Assembly: GCA_965204725.1 (NCBI GenBank)
Contig: OZ242005.1
Span: forward strand, 2,720,001-2,784,000
Source: Candidatus Latescibacterota bacterium
GTDB lineage: Bacteria; Latescibacterota; UBA2968; UBA8231
Direction: 5' to 3'
DNA: 64,000 bases
Shown: positions 19,501 through 28,895 of the stretch, in pieces
Numbering within the stretch: the stretch's first letter is position 1
How the letters are laid out: each line of letters begins with the position of its first letter
Made by a program: the position numbers and the translations under genes
Notes under the pieces: model-generated
Database searches by the model: none
The model's input: only the letters and a program-made list of their open reading frames with translations
What the model was told of the DNA's origin: nothing

Positions 19501-19884
19501 GCGAGCCAAACGCTCCACATTGGCCGAGGTGCGTTCGCGCCCGTTGTGCCCGCGGTGTACGAGTTTGAGGTTTCGGGCCTTAAGGTCGTGTCGTCTTGGC
19601 TCAAGTACCGCATGAAGCAAGGGGCCGGCCGGAAGTCGTCTCCCCTCGACGCGATCCGCCCCGCACTCTGGACCAGCCAGTTTACCACGGAATTACTCGA
19701 ATTGCTCTGGGTTTTGGCAGAAACGGTGCAGCACTATCCCGAACAGGAGCGGCTCCTCCAAGCCGTCGTCGCCAGCGACTGCTTCCAAGCCGCCGAACTG
19801 CCGACCGCCCCAGACGAAATGCACAAGCCGCCGAAAGAGTCAAAAAACCACGAGTTGTTTGACTCAAATAGATCGCAAGCCTGA
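16600..19884 (+). CDS. Single-chain type IIG/ISP-like restriction-modification enzyme (no helicase)
   Basis: N-terminal RPD...YVELK nuclease, GAYYTP, LDPAVGTGT, GNPPY; LlaBIII-like C-terminal specificity region (YRSFD, RPRPDLW). Confidence 0.88.
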   Translation: MIYEALQGFADAVRAKTTQVAAGAPEDQVRAPFERFMGAVGRACGWDVVCTGETPLPDRLGRPDYAIHRDQLLAGYVELKAPGVGATATRFRGRNRAQFKRFSAIPNILYTDGNEWVLYRGGQQVRGCRLSGDVAADGRDAAAPPDSHAVVALLRDFLSWEPIIPSNRNGTIHLKGFAALLAPLCRMLRDDVTDALKAPNSPLAQLAGDWRQLLFPDASDEQFADAYAQTVAFALLLGRSEGADPLALESAVQALDVQHNLLSRAVQILTDPQARTDITASLNLLLRVMAVVPSAMLTGPEDPWLYFYEDFLAEYDPKLRRDAGAYYTPVEVVRAQVRLIDDLLVRHLKKPLGFADPGVVTLDPAVGTGTYLLGVIEHALGRVETEQGPGAVAGQASTLAQNLYGFERMVGPYAVSELRVSRALRDRGAQLPSDGPHVYLTDTLESPHAEPPNLGFFLRPIADQRVKALKVKSAVPVIVCLGNPPYDRHEAATPTNGDRTGSWVRWGDNGQGEDAILRTFLNPALAARRGVHLKNLYNLYVYFWRWALWKVFEHDTACGPGVVSFITASSYLDGDAFCGMREHIRRQCDEVWILDLGGEGRGTRQDDNVFAIQTPVAIAVAFRSKKARPERPAAVHYTRVEGTRREKLAALDAIDRLEDVEWQACSDDWQAPFRPAGQGAYFGWPLLTDLMPWQHSGVQFKRTWPIAPDEETLKRRWRGLLNAKNRAEAFRETGDRTINGTYRIALTKSSDSTPIAELPNNAPLPEVLRCAYRSFDRHYIIADGRLMSRPRPDLWRVHSERQVYLTTLLNDPLGRGPAATACALMPDLHHFSGRGAKDTIPLYRTADASQANLAPGLLNVLGTAYQRNIAPEHFLAYLYGVLAQPAFTARFEQELATRKRCVPITKDAALFEQVRKVGARLLWLHTYGERFVPQGQTSGRIPPGAAKCTQAVPGDAEGYPETFAYDAASQTLHIGRGAFAPVVPAVYEFEVSGLKVVSSWLKYRMKQGAGRKSSPLDAIRPALWTSQFTTELLELLWVLAETVQHYPEQERLLQAVVASDCFQAAELPTAPDEMHKPPKESKNHELFDSNRSQA

Positions 19885-19919
19885 AGCAATCCAACCATTA
19901 TGCAACGAGGAGCTTATCA

Positions 19920-21818
19920 ATGAATAGCCCAGCCAAACGCGCCATCGTCATCGGCATGGACGGAGCCGCCATGGAGTTGGTCCAACATCTGGTAGATCAA
20001 GGTCACATGCCCCATTTGGGCCAGCTCATGGCGCGGGGCGTCAAACGGCCCATGATCGGCGTCTTTCCCACGCTGACACCGCCCGGCTGGACGGCCACTT
20101 CGACCGGGGCTTGGGCGGGGACCCATCAGGTCATGGATTTCGGCATCCGCAAGCTAGGGGGGCGTCTCGACGAGACGGTGTGGGGCATCAACACCGCGCT
20201 CTCGCAGGCCGAGTACTTGTGGAACACGGTTGAGCGGGTCGGCAAAAAGCCAATTTTGGTCAAATGGGAGATGTCGTGGCCGCCGACCGTGCAGACCGGC
20301 ATCCAAGTCGAAGGCACCGGCCCGGGCGTGTCCAATGTGCATCAGATCGCCGGCTACCATCTCTTTGTCGGCGGCGGCTGGACGCCCCGGCCGATCGGCG
20401 GGCCGCGCGACCCTGAGACCTTGGACCCAAGCGCCTTGCAAGAGGTCCGCAGCGTCGATCCAGTGGAGATCGTCCCGGCGACAGGCTGGCAAGCCGCGCC
20501 CGCATCCGCGCTGCCGCTAAAAGAAGTGGCGTTGGTTATCGAGCCGCTCAAGCGCGGCCGACCGGGTATGCACTTAGGCCGCGAGGGGATGCCTAAGCCT
20601 TTCTACGGTCTGATATACGCCTCGGCCGACGCGGGGTACGACCGGCTGCTCGTTTGCCGCAGCCGCGATGCGGAGGATCGAGTCGCCGAGCTGGCCGTGG
20701 GCGAGTGGACCGAGTGGTGGAAGGACGGCTTTGAGATTGACGGGCAAGCACTCGTCGGCTACCTCCGCATGAAGCTCGTCAGCTTGAGCGCGGCCGGCGA
20801 TGTCTTTGAGCTTTTTGTGCCGCAGGTCTGGCCGGCGACCGGCTATACCCAGCCGGCCGAAGTGGCCGAGCAGATCGATCAACACGTCGGCAATTTCCTG
20901 CAAAACCCAGGGCGCGACGCCTTGGGCGTGGTTGATGACGCGACCTATTTTGAGCTTTTGGAATTCCACCACCAGCGGTTGGCCGATGTAGCCTGCTACC
21001 TGACGGAGAACAACGACTGGGATGTGCTGTTCATCGAAACCCACGCCTCGGACTACACCAGCCACTTCTTCCTGTCGCAGGCCGACGAATGCAGCGGGGC
21101 CGACGCGCACACGCTGGCGCGCTGCCAAGCGGGCGTGTCCCAGACCTACGCCTCCATCGATCGCATGATCGGCCGCTTAGTCGAGCGGGCCGATGACGAC
21201 GCGGTCGTTGCGGTCGTCTCCGACCACGGCGGCACCCCCAACCAGCACCGGCCGGTCGATATCGCCGAGGTGCTGGAGCAGGCGGGCTTTTTGGTCTATG
21301 CAGATGCCGAGAAAAAGCAGATTGACTGGCAGCGGACGCGGGCGGCCCATGTAGGGCTGGTCCACATCTTCATCAATCTAGTGGGACGCGAGCCTACCGG
21401 GATTGTCGATCCCAGCGCGTACGAGCAGACGCAGCTCGACCTCATCGAAGCCCTCCACGCCTATCGCCATCCGCAGACCGGCCGCAGTCCTTTTGCCCTC
21501 GCACTGACGCGCGCAGACGCGGAGATGGTCAACCTGTCGGGTGAACTCGTCGGCGACGTGGTCTATGCGCTGCGGCCCGAATACGACGGAGCGCACGGCA
21601 AGCAACTGCCCTCGGCCACGCTCGGCATCGGCGGGCAGCACTGCACGTTCGTGCTGGCCGGTGCCGGCGTAAAGCAAGGGCTGGCGCTCGAGCGGCAGGT
21701 GCGGGCGGTAGATGTCGCGCCGACGCTGTGCTACTTGCTGGGCATCCCCATGCCCGAGCACGTGGAGGGCGGCGTGATCTACGAAGCCCTTGAGGACGCG
21801 GACTGGCATCTGCGATGA
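19920..21818 (+). CDS. Alkaline phosphatase superfamily nucleotide pyrophosphatase/phosphodiesterase
   Basis: VIGMDGA, FPTLTPPGW, VSDHG, VDVAPT. Confidence 0.88.
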   Translation: MNSPAKRAIVIGMDGAAMELVQHLVDQGHMPHLGQLMARGVKRPMIGVFPTLTPPGWTATSTGAWAGTHQVMDFGIRKLGGRLDETVWGINTALSQAEYLWNTVERVGKKPILVKWEMSWPPTVQTGIQVEGTGPGVSNVHQIAGYHLFVGGGWTPRPIGGPRDPETLDPSALQEVRSVDPVEIVPATGWQAAPASALPLKEVALVIEPLKRGRPGMHLGREGMPKPFYGLIYASADAGYDRLLVCRSRDAEDRVAELAVGEWTEWWKDGFEIDGQALVGYLRMKLVSLSAAGDVFELFVPQVWPATGYTQPAEVAEQIDQHVGNFLQNPGRDALGVVDDATYFELLEFHHQRLADVACYLTENNDWDVLFIETHASDYTSHFFLSQADECSGADAHTLARCQAGVSQTYASIDRMIGRLVERADDDAVVAVVSDHGGTPNQHRPVDIAEVLEQAGFLVYADAEKKQIDWQRTRAAHVGLVHIFINLVGREPTGIVDPSAYEQTQLDLIEALHAYRHPQTGRSPFALALTRADAEMVNLSGELVGDVVYALRPEYDGAHGKQLPSATLGIGGQHCTFVLAGAGVKQGLALERQVRAVDVAPTLCYLLGIPMPEHVEGGVIYEALEDADWHLR

Positions 21819-21905
21819 AAGCGGCCTATTACTGCGGCGACCGCACGGTCGAAATCGGCGAGTGCCGAGTACAGTCGCCGAGCGCGGGTCAGGTGCGGAT
21901 CGAGG
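21815..21905 (+). pseudogene. 5' remnant of a zinc-dependent alcohol/sugar dehydrogenase
   Basis: ATGA-coupled ORF MKAAYYCGDRTVEIGE...P.AGQVRIE matches the MDR N-terminus, then loses similarity before the GxCGxD motif. Confidence 0.6.
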
Positions 21906-22148
21906 AGGTAACAGGAGGGCCGTTGACAAAGCGACATAACAACGGCCCCGTCGTAGTTGAGTCCGCGATGGGTGTCAAAAGCATGAGATGGACATTGCCG
22001 GCGTCGGCGTGTCCTTTCACGTTGTCTTGGCCCATCGCGGCAAGGAGTTTAAGGCCGCTCACGTTGCGCTCGGCGCGGTCAGCCCATCGAATAGAGATCG
22101 TGTCGTTGAAATGGACGACCATGTCCAATCGCCTCCTCTACCGAGGAA

Positions 22149-24617
22149 TTAGTACACGCTAGCGACGAGTTTGGTGCTCGTGGTTTGCTCGCCTTCGGCG
22201 TCCACTTCTACGCCGACGCGGCACAAATACAGCCCCGGCGGCAGCAGCCGACCCGTGTGGTCGCGGCCATCCCAAGTCAGCCGCTGGTGCCCCGCAGCGG
22301 TCGCGGCCGCCTGCTTGATGCGCTGTACGCGCTCGCCGTCTAATCCATAGACCTCCAGAATCAACGCCTTGGCGCCTTGCACTTGGAACACCGGGAACAC
22401 CAATTCCACCACGTCGTTGATCCCGTCGCCATTGGGCGTAAACGGATTGGATGACGCGGTCACCTCACCCAAAACCGCCGTGGTAAAGGGCGTGAACACG
22501 GTCAGGCCGCGGCTCGCATCCACGCGCTGCCACACTTGGCCGTGGCCGACTTGGACCTCAAAGGCGTTGCTCACCAAGTAGAGCGCACCGGAAAAGCGCA
22601 GCGACACGCGATCTTGTTCCGGCCCGACCGGCGCGGGCAGCCGCACCCACAGCGAATCCGCACCGGTCGGCAGCCGCTCTAACTGATCGCGTCCGTATTG
22701 CTCCGCGCCGATGGCCCCGTCGATCAGGTCCATCTCCGCGCCCGGTGGCAGCTCCACCAGCACTTGGTCGAACCCGCGGTTGCCGTCTTGGAATGCGGGC
22801 TGCAAGAGCAAAGTGAAGGTCTGGGGCTGCCCGCGCTGGGGCGTTTTGTTGGGGGCGATCTCGCCGCGGATCTGGTTGGCGAGGGGCGCGTCCAGCGAGA
22901 GGCGCAAGGAGCGCAGCAAGGCGGCCGCGTCTGGATCATCGGAGCGCAAGGTTGCCTCGATCATCACGTAGCGGCGCGGACTCGGCGAAGTGATGGGCGC
23001 GCCCGGGACCGAATAAGGCAGGCTCCAAGGGCTCCAATCCGGGCCGGGGATGATGGTAACGGTCGAATCGCCGCGCTGAAAGCTGAGTAGTTTGCGGTAC
23101 TTGGCCTCGTTCACTTCTTGGCCCGTGCTCGTAAAGTAGCGGATGTTCTGGTCGAGTTGGTTCCCACTGCGGGTGCGGACGCGCACTTGGGTGCCGGGCG
23201 GCGCGTGGGCCGTCCAGTGCATGGCCGACAGGATGCGGGCCGTGCGCCCCAATTCGATGGGTTCAGACGCGAGCGACACCTCGGGGAGGAAGCCGCGTCC
23301 GTATAGCTGGATTTCGCGGATGGCCGGGCGGGCCGACTCCGCGACCAAGGTGTAATTCATTCTGAAGTACCGCGCCTTCGTCAGCGGAAACACGTTGTCC
23401 TGAAAGAGAAGGCTGCGATGCGCGGTCGTCTCGCCGTCTTCTTGGCCGCGCCCGGTCAATGCAACGTAGCTCAAGCTGCCGTCCGGTGCTCGGCTGCCGT
23501 CGGAAAGCGCGATCACATAGTTGGGGAACGCTCGGCTGTACCGGTCGCCAAAGACGATGGCGGCGCGATTGACCCAGTACCAAGTTCCCAAGTCGAAATA
23601 GATGTTGCGATGCGGATCCTGAAATACAACCGCCGGATCGTTGCCGCTAAAGCCCACTTCCACGCTCCAAAAGGAGCCCCATTCGCCATCTACGGTTAGC
23701 CTTTCCGCCCCCAAGTTGCCGTAGCCGATAATCTCCCCGCCGCGCTCTAATGCGCCGAGGCTAATGTTATCGCCCACGGTCCACACCTCGACTTCGGTCA
23801 GCCGCGGCCTTTCTCGGCGATAGTATTGGACCGGGCCTTGCCATTGGGCCTCAATGGCCTCATAAGCCGCTTGGTCTATCGGCCGCAAAACGCCGGAAGC
23901 CTCGCGGCGAAAGTGGAGCACATCGCCGCGCTCTTGCTCCGGTAGGCTATTCCAGCGTGCGGCACTGATTTGCTCGGCTCGGCCCAAGTCGCTGGCGGTC
24001 GCTACCACTTGGAGAAACTGGATCAGACGGCCCGTCAGTCCCGGGTCCACTTTGCGGGTAGGCTGCAACTCGAACTCATAGACGCGCTGGGATTTGTTTA
24101 ATCCCTCGCTGTGGCCGGCGGGCAGGTAGTTGAAGGATTCGCTTTGCAGGAAGGCGGGATCGCCGTTGGCGGTGAGCACCTTGAACTGGAGGAATGGATC
24201 GCCCGCACCTTCAGCGGCAAACTTCACGACCACCTTCTGCGCCCACACCAGCCGCCCCAAGTCGATTTCGACCCACCACGTATCGAGTGCGTCCGCCAAG
24301 TCCGGTTCCCAGAAGGTATCCTCTCGGCCATCTAGAATGTTGGCGGCTCCCGTGCGGTTGGTTCCGGCATTGCGGATGCCGCCCTGCACCCCGTCTGAGT
24401 ATGTGAATGCGCTCGCGTCTAAGGAGGCGTTGACCTGCTCGCGGACAAAGGCGGGCCGGACGCCCTCGGCACTGAAGTCCAAACTGCCCGCCGGGAAGTT
24501 CCACGCCGGCCAGTGCTCCGCCGCGACGATCAACTCGTCGGCGTCGAGTTGGTACGCTTGGCCCCACGCCGCCGATGCCGTCAGCAGGGTTGTGACCCCA
24601 ATCGCAACGCTTTTCAT
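22149..24617 (-). CDS. Secreted protein with discoidin-like domains and C-terminal FlgD-Ig/CHU_C-like domain (paralog of 36700-39201)
   Basis: Signal peptide; WWVEIDLGR, WSPWS.PY...SPSPRRY, NPFTPNGDGIND, WDGRD..G...PPGLY. Confidence 0.8.
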   Translation of the reverse strand: MKSVAIGVTTLLTASAAWGQAYQLDADELIVAAEHWPAWNFPAGSLDFSAEGVRPAFVREQVNASLDASAFTYSDGVQGGIRNAGTNRTGAANILDGREDTFWEPDLADALDTWWVEIDLGRLVWAQKVVVKFAAEGAGDPFLQFKVLTANGDPAFLQSESFNYLPAGHSEGLNKSQRVYEFELQPTRKVDPGLTGRLIQFLQVVATASDLGRAEQISAARWNSLPEQERGDVLHFRREASGVLRPIDQAAYEAIEAQWQGPVQYYRRERPRLTEVEVWTVGDNISLGALERGGEIIGYGNLGAERLTVDGEWGSFWSVEVGFSGNDPAVVFQDPHRNIYFDLGTWYWVNRAAIVFGDRYSRAFPNYVIALSDGSRAPDGSLSYVALTGRGQEDGETTAHRSLLFQDNVFPLTKARYFRMNYTLVAESARPAIREIQLYGRGFLPEVSLASEPIELGRTARILSAMHWTAHAPPGTQVRVRTRSGNQLDQNIRYFTSTGQEVNEAKYRKLLSFQRGDSTVTIIPGPDWSPWSLPYSVPGAPITSPSPRRYVMIEATLRSDDPDAAALLRSLRLSLDAPLANQIRGEIAPNKTPQRGQPQTFTLLLQPAFQDGNRGFDQVLVELPPGAEMDLIDGAIGAEQYGRDQLERLPTGADSLWVRLPAPVGPEQDRVSLRFSGALYLVSNAFEVQVGHGQVWQRVDASRGLTVFTPFTTAVLGEVTASSNPFTPNGDGINDVVELVFPVFQVQGAKALILEVYGLDGERVQRIKQAAATAAGHQRLTWDGRDHTGRLLPPGLYLCRVGVEVDAEGEQTTSTKLVASVY

Positions 24618-24729
24618 GGCAATACCTCAATTCCAAAATTTCCTCTTGCGTCGGTTATATGGGAAATATAGAGTTTCCCTGCTGGCTTAGCAGACGCAAA
24701 CGAATCCACTAACTGTAACAGGTGTCATT

Positions 24730-26562
24730 ATGGGATATAAACTCCGTGAGGTTGCGTCCGGTTTATGGCGTTTTTCAGCCCTCATTCCTCAGATGCTGAA
24801 TGTATATAGGCGGGCTGGTAGGGCCTATTTCGTCTCTTCCTCGCTGTTGACGATCTACGATGGCGCGGTGGTTTCTATCTCTATCTACCTTACAAAATTA
24901 TTGATTGATGAAGCCGAGTTGCTCTGGATTGCTCATCAAGCCAATGAGCCGATAGATTACACAACGCTCAGCTTATTGATAGGAGGGCAGATTGCTGTGT
25001 GGACCGCTGCGCTGACAACGGAGGTTCTGTGGCGTCCAATGCGGACGATTTTGGGTAAAAGGGCCAATTACGTGGCTCATGTCGATCTATCCGCAAAGGC
25101 TAGTAGGGTTCCATATCGGTATTATGAGGACCCTACTTTTTATAACAAGCTAGAAGCAGCAGAGCAGAAAAAAGACTGGCCTGAATACACGGCAATATTC
25201 CTCTTTCAAGCAGTATCTAACATCGTAAGTCTCGTCTCGATTGCGGGTCTTCTCTCGCTGTTTAGTGGCTGGCTTTCGCTCCTTGTTATCGTCGCCGCAA
25301 TCCCCTATTTCTTGGCACAACTTCGCTACATAGTTGATGGCCAAGAGCTCTTCCACTATCGGAGTTTAGATCGCCGTCGTCTTGAATATCAGGTAAAGGT
25401 GCTGTGTGATCGCGCCTATGCAAAAGAGGTGCGGCTCTTTGGGTTTGCCCAACACTGGTTGGCTAACTACAAGGCCCTTTGGGAGAAGTGTTACCGAGAG
25501 AATCGCGCCCTATTCCTCGTGCGAAACAAGGAGGTACTCATCGCAGGCCTCCCAAGAATCGCCGCGATGGCGGCGATATATATCTTCATCGTCCTGCAAG
25601 CCATTCAAGGCAGCATCAGTCTGGGCGATTTGGCCATGGGATTGGCCGCGACCCTCCAGTTTAGCAGTGTGACATGGATGGTGGCTAATGGCATTGCTCA
25701 GTTGTTCCAATGCAGTTTATTCGTCTCGGACTACTTTGAACTCATGAACCTTCCCGAAGACAACAAAAATGCCACGGCTCAGCCCCCGCCCGTGCGACCA
25801 GAGACGCCAGCCGCACGCGAGCCGATGATTAGTTTTAGGAACGTCAGCTTTCAGTACCCAGGAGAGCGCGGTCACGTGCTTCACGATGTTTCGTTTGACC
25901 TCTACGACTCTGAGACGATAGCCCTCGTGGGTCGAAACGGCGCGGGCAAGACCACGTTGGCCAAGCTGCTGTGTGGCTTGTTAGAGCCGACGGAGGGAAC
26001 CGTGTTGTTTCGCGGTCAAGTGGTGTATGCCGATGGCCCCAATGCCTTGCGTGAGGCAACCTCGGCGGTCTTTCAGGACTTTGCCCAGTACGAGCAAACC
26101 GTCGAAGACAACATTCGCCTCGGCGATGTGGATAGGCCGGACACGGCTGCCGTCGCCCGCGCAGCCCGTTTAGATCGCGTTTTGACTGGGTTGCCCGATG
26201 GCTTGCAAACTCCGTTGGGGCGTTCCTTGGACGGCACGGATTTGTCGGTTGGGCAGTGGCAACATGTGGCCTTGGCGCGTTGTCTGCACAAGGCCGATGC
26301 CCAAGTGCTCATCTTGGACGAGCCAACCGCCGCCATGGACCCGGAAGCCGAATACGAATTGTACAACCTGCTGGTGGACATCGCCGGCAGCCAGACCACC
26401 ATTTTGGTATCGCACCGGCTATCAACCGTCCGGGCCGCCAACCGCGTCTTAGTGCTCGACGAAGGCCGTTTGTGCGAGGAAGGTAATCACGAGGAATTGC
26501 TCCAACTCGACGGCATTTATGCCAAGTTTTTCAGGATGCAGGCCGAGCGCTATCAAGCATGA
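24730..26562 (+). CDS. ABC exporter, fused permease + ATPase
   Basis: Six TM-like segments, AKEVRLF, GRNGAGKT, LSVGQWQ, LILDEPT, SHR. Confidence 0.92.
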   Translation: MGYKLREVASGLWRFSALIPQMLNVYRRAGRAYFVSSSLLTIYDGAVVSISIYLTKLLIDEAELLWIAHQANEPIDYTTLSLLIGGQIAVWTAALTTEVLWRPMRTILGKRANYVAHVDLSAKASRVPYRYYEDPTFYNKLEAAEQKKDWPEYTAIFLFQAVSNIVSLVSIAGLLSLFSGWLSLLVIVAAIPYFLAQLRYIVDGQELFHYRSLDRRRLEYQVKVLCDRAYAKEVRLFGFAQHWLANYKALWEKCYRENRALFLVRNKEVLIAGLPRIAAMAAIYIFIVLQAIQGSISLGDLAMGLAATLQFSSVTWMVANGIAQLFQCSLFVSDYFELMNLPEDNKNATAQPPPVRPETPAAREPMISFRNVSFQYPGERGHVLHDVSFDLYDSETIALVGRNGAGKTTLAKLLCGLLEPTEGTVLFRGQVVYADGPNALREATSAVFQDFAQYEQTVEDNIRLGDVDRPDTAAVARAARLDRVLTGLPDGLQTPLGRSLDGTDLSVGQWQHVALARCLHKADAQVLILDEPTAAMDPEAEYELYNLLVDIAGSQTTILVSHRLSTVRAANRVLVLDEGRLCEEGNHEELLQLDGIYAKFFRMQAERYQA

Positions 26563-26566
26563 ACTA

Positions 26567-26595
26567 TTGCGGGACGGGAGTTTGCCGTTCCTGCA
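26567..26595. terminator. Possible terminator hairpin between convergent genes
   Basis: TTGCGGGACGG...CCGTTCCTGCAA imperfect inverted repeat with no clear U-tract. Confidence 0.3.
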
Positions 26596-26608
26596 AAGCA
26601 TTGCTATC

Positions 26609-27730
26609 TCAGTGTGGATCGCCGACTCGCCAGCGGTGCTTTTCCACCCCCTCCATATCCAACTCGATCCCAAAACCCGGTCCTTCCGGCAACACGATGC
26701 AACTGTCCTCTACCCGCAGCGGCTCGGTGATGATCTCGTCCCGCCACGCAATGCCGGTGACAAACTCCATGGGGGCCACATTCGGGATGGAGGCCATCAA
26801 GTGCGCGGCTGCGATGATGCCGACCGGGCCTTTGGTATTGTGCGGCGATATGGGGACGTGAAAGGTGTCGGCAATGGCCGCGATTTTGCGGACCTCGGTA
26901 ATCCCACCGGCGTACATCAGGTCGGGTTGCGCCACGTCGATGCCGTCTAGGTCCAACAATTGGCGGTAGTGGCTCTTGGTGTTGAGCCGCTCGCTACCCA
27001 TGACCGGAATGGAGATTTCCCGCCGCACCTTGGGGTAGGCGTGGAGGTCTTCTGGCGGCACGGGGTCTTCAAACACGTAGAGGTCGTACGGCTCTAGGGC
27101 GCGGGCCAAGCGGATGCAGTGGGCCACCGTGAAGCGACCATGGCAATCGATCAACAGCTTGACATCCGGGCCGACCGCTTCTCGCACGGCGGCGAAGTGC
27201 GCGGCCGTCTCTGCGGGATGGCCGTCGTCCGCGTACTGGTCGAAGCTGTACCCACTCCGCGAACGCGCCCCGCCCTTGAGCGCGGTGTACCCTTCATCCG
27301 CTTTTTCTCGCGCCATTTGCGCCGAGTCTTCGGGCGTGACGCCGCCAAAGTGCGTATAGACCTCGACCCGGTCGCGGAACTTGCCGCCCAAAAGTTCGAC
27401 TACCGGCAAGTTCGCTACCTTGCCCTTGATGTCCCACAGGGCTTGGTCAATGCCGCTCATGGCACTCATCCACACGGGACCCGCCATGCGCCAGATGCCG
27501 CTCAGGGAGGAACGCTGATAGAGCTTGTACCACAAGTACTCGATGCGCGCCGGGTCTTCGCCGATTAACTCCTGTTTGAGGTGCTCGACCGCGGCGACGA
27601 CCACTGGCTCCTTGTTGGAATAGGTGGCTTCGCCTAAGCCCACGAGTCCTTCGTCTGTAAAGACCCGCACGATAGTCCACTTGCGGCCCGGGGAGTTGAT
27701 CAGAATGGTATCGATGTCGCGTATTTTCAT
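26609..27730 (-). CDS. Mandelate racemase/galactonate dehydratase-like enolase superfamily enzyme
   Basis: TDEG.VGLGE, SGIDQALWDIKGK, DCH, FEDP, SERL, QPD, PHN. Confidence 0.9.
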   Translation of the reverse strand: MKIRDIDTILINSPGRKWTIVRVFTDEGLVGLGEATYSNKEPVVVAAVEHLKQELIGEDPARIEYLWYKLYQRSSLSGIWRMAGPVWMSAMSGIDQALWDIKGKVANLPVVELLGGKFRDRVEVYTHFGGVTPEDSAQMAREKADEGYTALKGGARSRSGYSFDQYADDGHPAETAAHFAAVREAVGPDVKLLIDCHGRFTVAHCIRLARALEPYDLYVFEDPVPPEDLHAYPKVRREISIPVMGSERLNTKSHYRQLLDLDGIDVAQPDLMYAGGITEVRKIAAIADTFHVPISPHNTKGPVGIIAAAHLMASIPNVAPMEFVTGIAWRDEIITEPLRVEDSCIVLPEGPGFGIELDMEGVEKHRWRVGDPH

Positions 27731-27745
27731 CTGTTTCCTCTCTTT

Positions 27746-28813
27746 TTAATCGAACAGCGGCGACACTTCTTCCGCCACAGTGTGCGCTGCTTCTTGGTAA
27801 AACGCATCGAGAATGGACTCGTCGTCTGGCTCAAAGTTTCTCAGGAAGTTCTGATGAATGATGAGCGTCTGCTCCAGCACAGCTTCGTCCTTGAGTACAT
27901 CCTGCACTACCAACTGCACTTGGGAGCTTAATCGCTGTCGTTCAGCATTGATGTTATAGAAACCGACGACATCGGATCTATAGAACCCAACCATGTACCA
28001 GTTTACAATGTAATCCAAGGTGTAGCGAATGTCCTCGGTTGAGGAAGCCGTGGTCCAGCGGACGCGGCGGAACCGTTTGAGCTCGTCCAAGAGGGCCGGT
28101 CGGACCGACTCGTGCAGGGCGACTATTTTTCTTTTCGCCTTCACTTTTGGTAGCGGGGAGACCTTAAAGACCCTGAAAAAGGTAGCAGTGTTTGATCCTC
28201 TATATCCCTCAAGTAGCTGATCGACCTTGTCAGACAAACCCTGATCGTTGCGCGTCCTGACCAACACCTTAAAGGTTCCAATCGGAGCGTTTACCGCGCC
28301 CTCCTCCTTGGGCGGAACGGTCGCCACCGGCGATCCGATGAATGGAACCAGCAGAGCTTTTGTATAATCTACGGCTTGAAACTTGAGCAGCTTGCTTTTG
28401 CCCGCCGCTTTGGCAATAAGCGGTTCCAGCCCAACGTTCTTTCCTTTCTTTAACAGGTCGCCGGCCATATCCACAACCCGCACCAAGTACGCCTTGGCCT
28501 CGCGCTCAGCAAAATGCTCGCCGTGCAGTGCGAAGAGCTGTTCGCCAAGTGCCGTGGATTTCTTGCAATGCGTCTTTAGCACTCGCAACAGCGAGACCAA
28601 GGAATCCCGGCTCGCGGCAGCCGACAACCGAGACGCCGTACTGACCTCCGCGACGAATTCGTCCAACGTGCCCTTGTCGTCCCGCTCCATGCGGTCGCGC
28701 AACTGCTCCAAGGCCACGCGCACAAAATCCGCTTCTTGTGCAGAAGCAGCGGAGACACTCAATGTCATGGAGAAAAAGACGCAAGCCGCAATGCGATGCC
28801 ACGTGTTATTCAT
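27746..28813 (-). CDS. Hypothetical secreted protein
   Basis: 355-aa ORF with an ASA-ending signal peptide; no family recognised. Confidence 0.65.
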   Translation of the reverse strand: MNNTWHRIAACVFFSMTLSVSAASAQEADFVRVALEQLRDRMERDDKGTLDEFVAEVSTASRLSAAASRDSLVSLLRVLKTHCKKSTALGEQLFALHGEHFAEREAKAYLVRVVDMAGDLLKKGKNVGLEPLIAKAAGKSKLLKFQAVDYTKALLVPFIGSPVATVPPKEEGAVNAPIGTFKVLVRTRNDQGLSDKVDQLLEGYRGSNTATFFRVFKVSPLPKVKAKRKIVALHESVRPALLDELKRFRRVRWTTASSTEDIRYTLDYIVNWYMVGFYRSDVVGFYNINAERQRLSSQVQLVVQDVLKDEAVLEQTLIIHQNFLRNFEPDDESILDAFYQEAAHTVAEEVSPLFD

Positions 28814-28895
28814 GGTAAGCGACCCCTACTTTGTGTGCGCCCAAACGCACGACGACTGCTTCAAGGCGGTCGGTTTTGTGAAAGGGGGTTTCCTA

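Noticed and set aside
16600-19884. Complete type ISP enzyme or BREX PglX
   Set aside because: No SF2 helicase motifs and no brx/pglZ neighbours.
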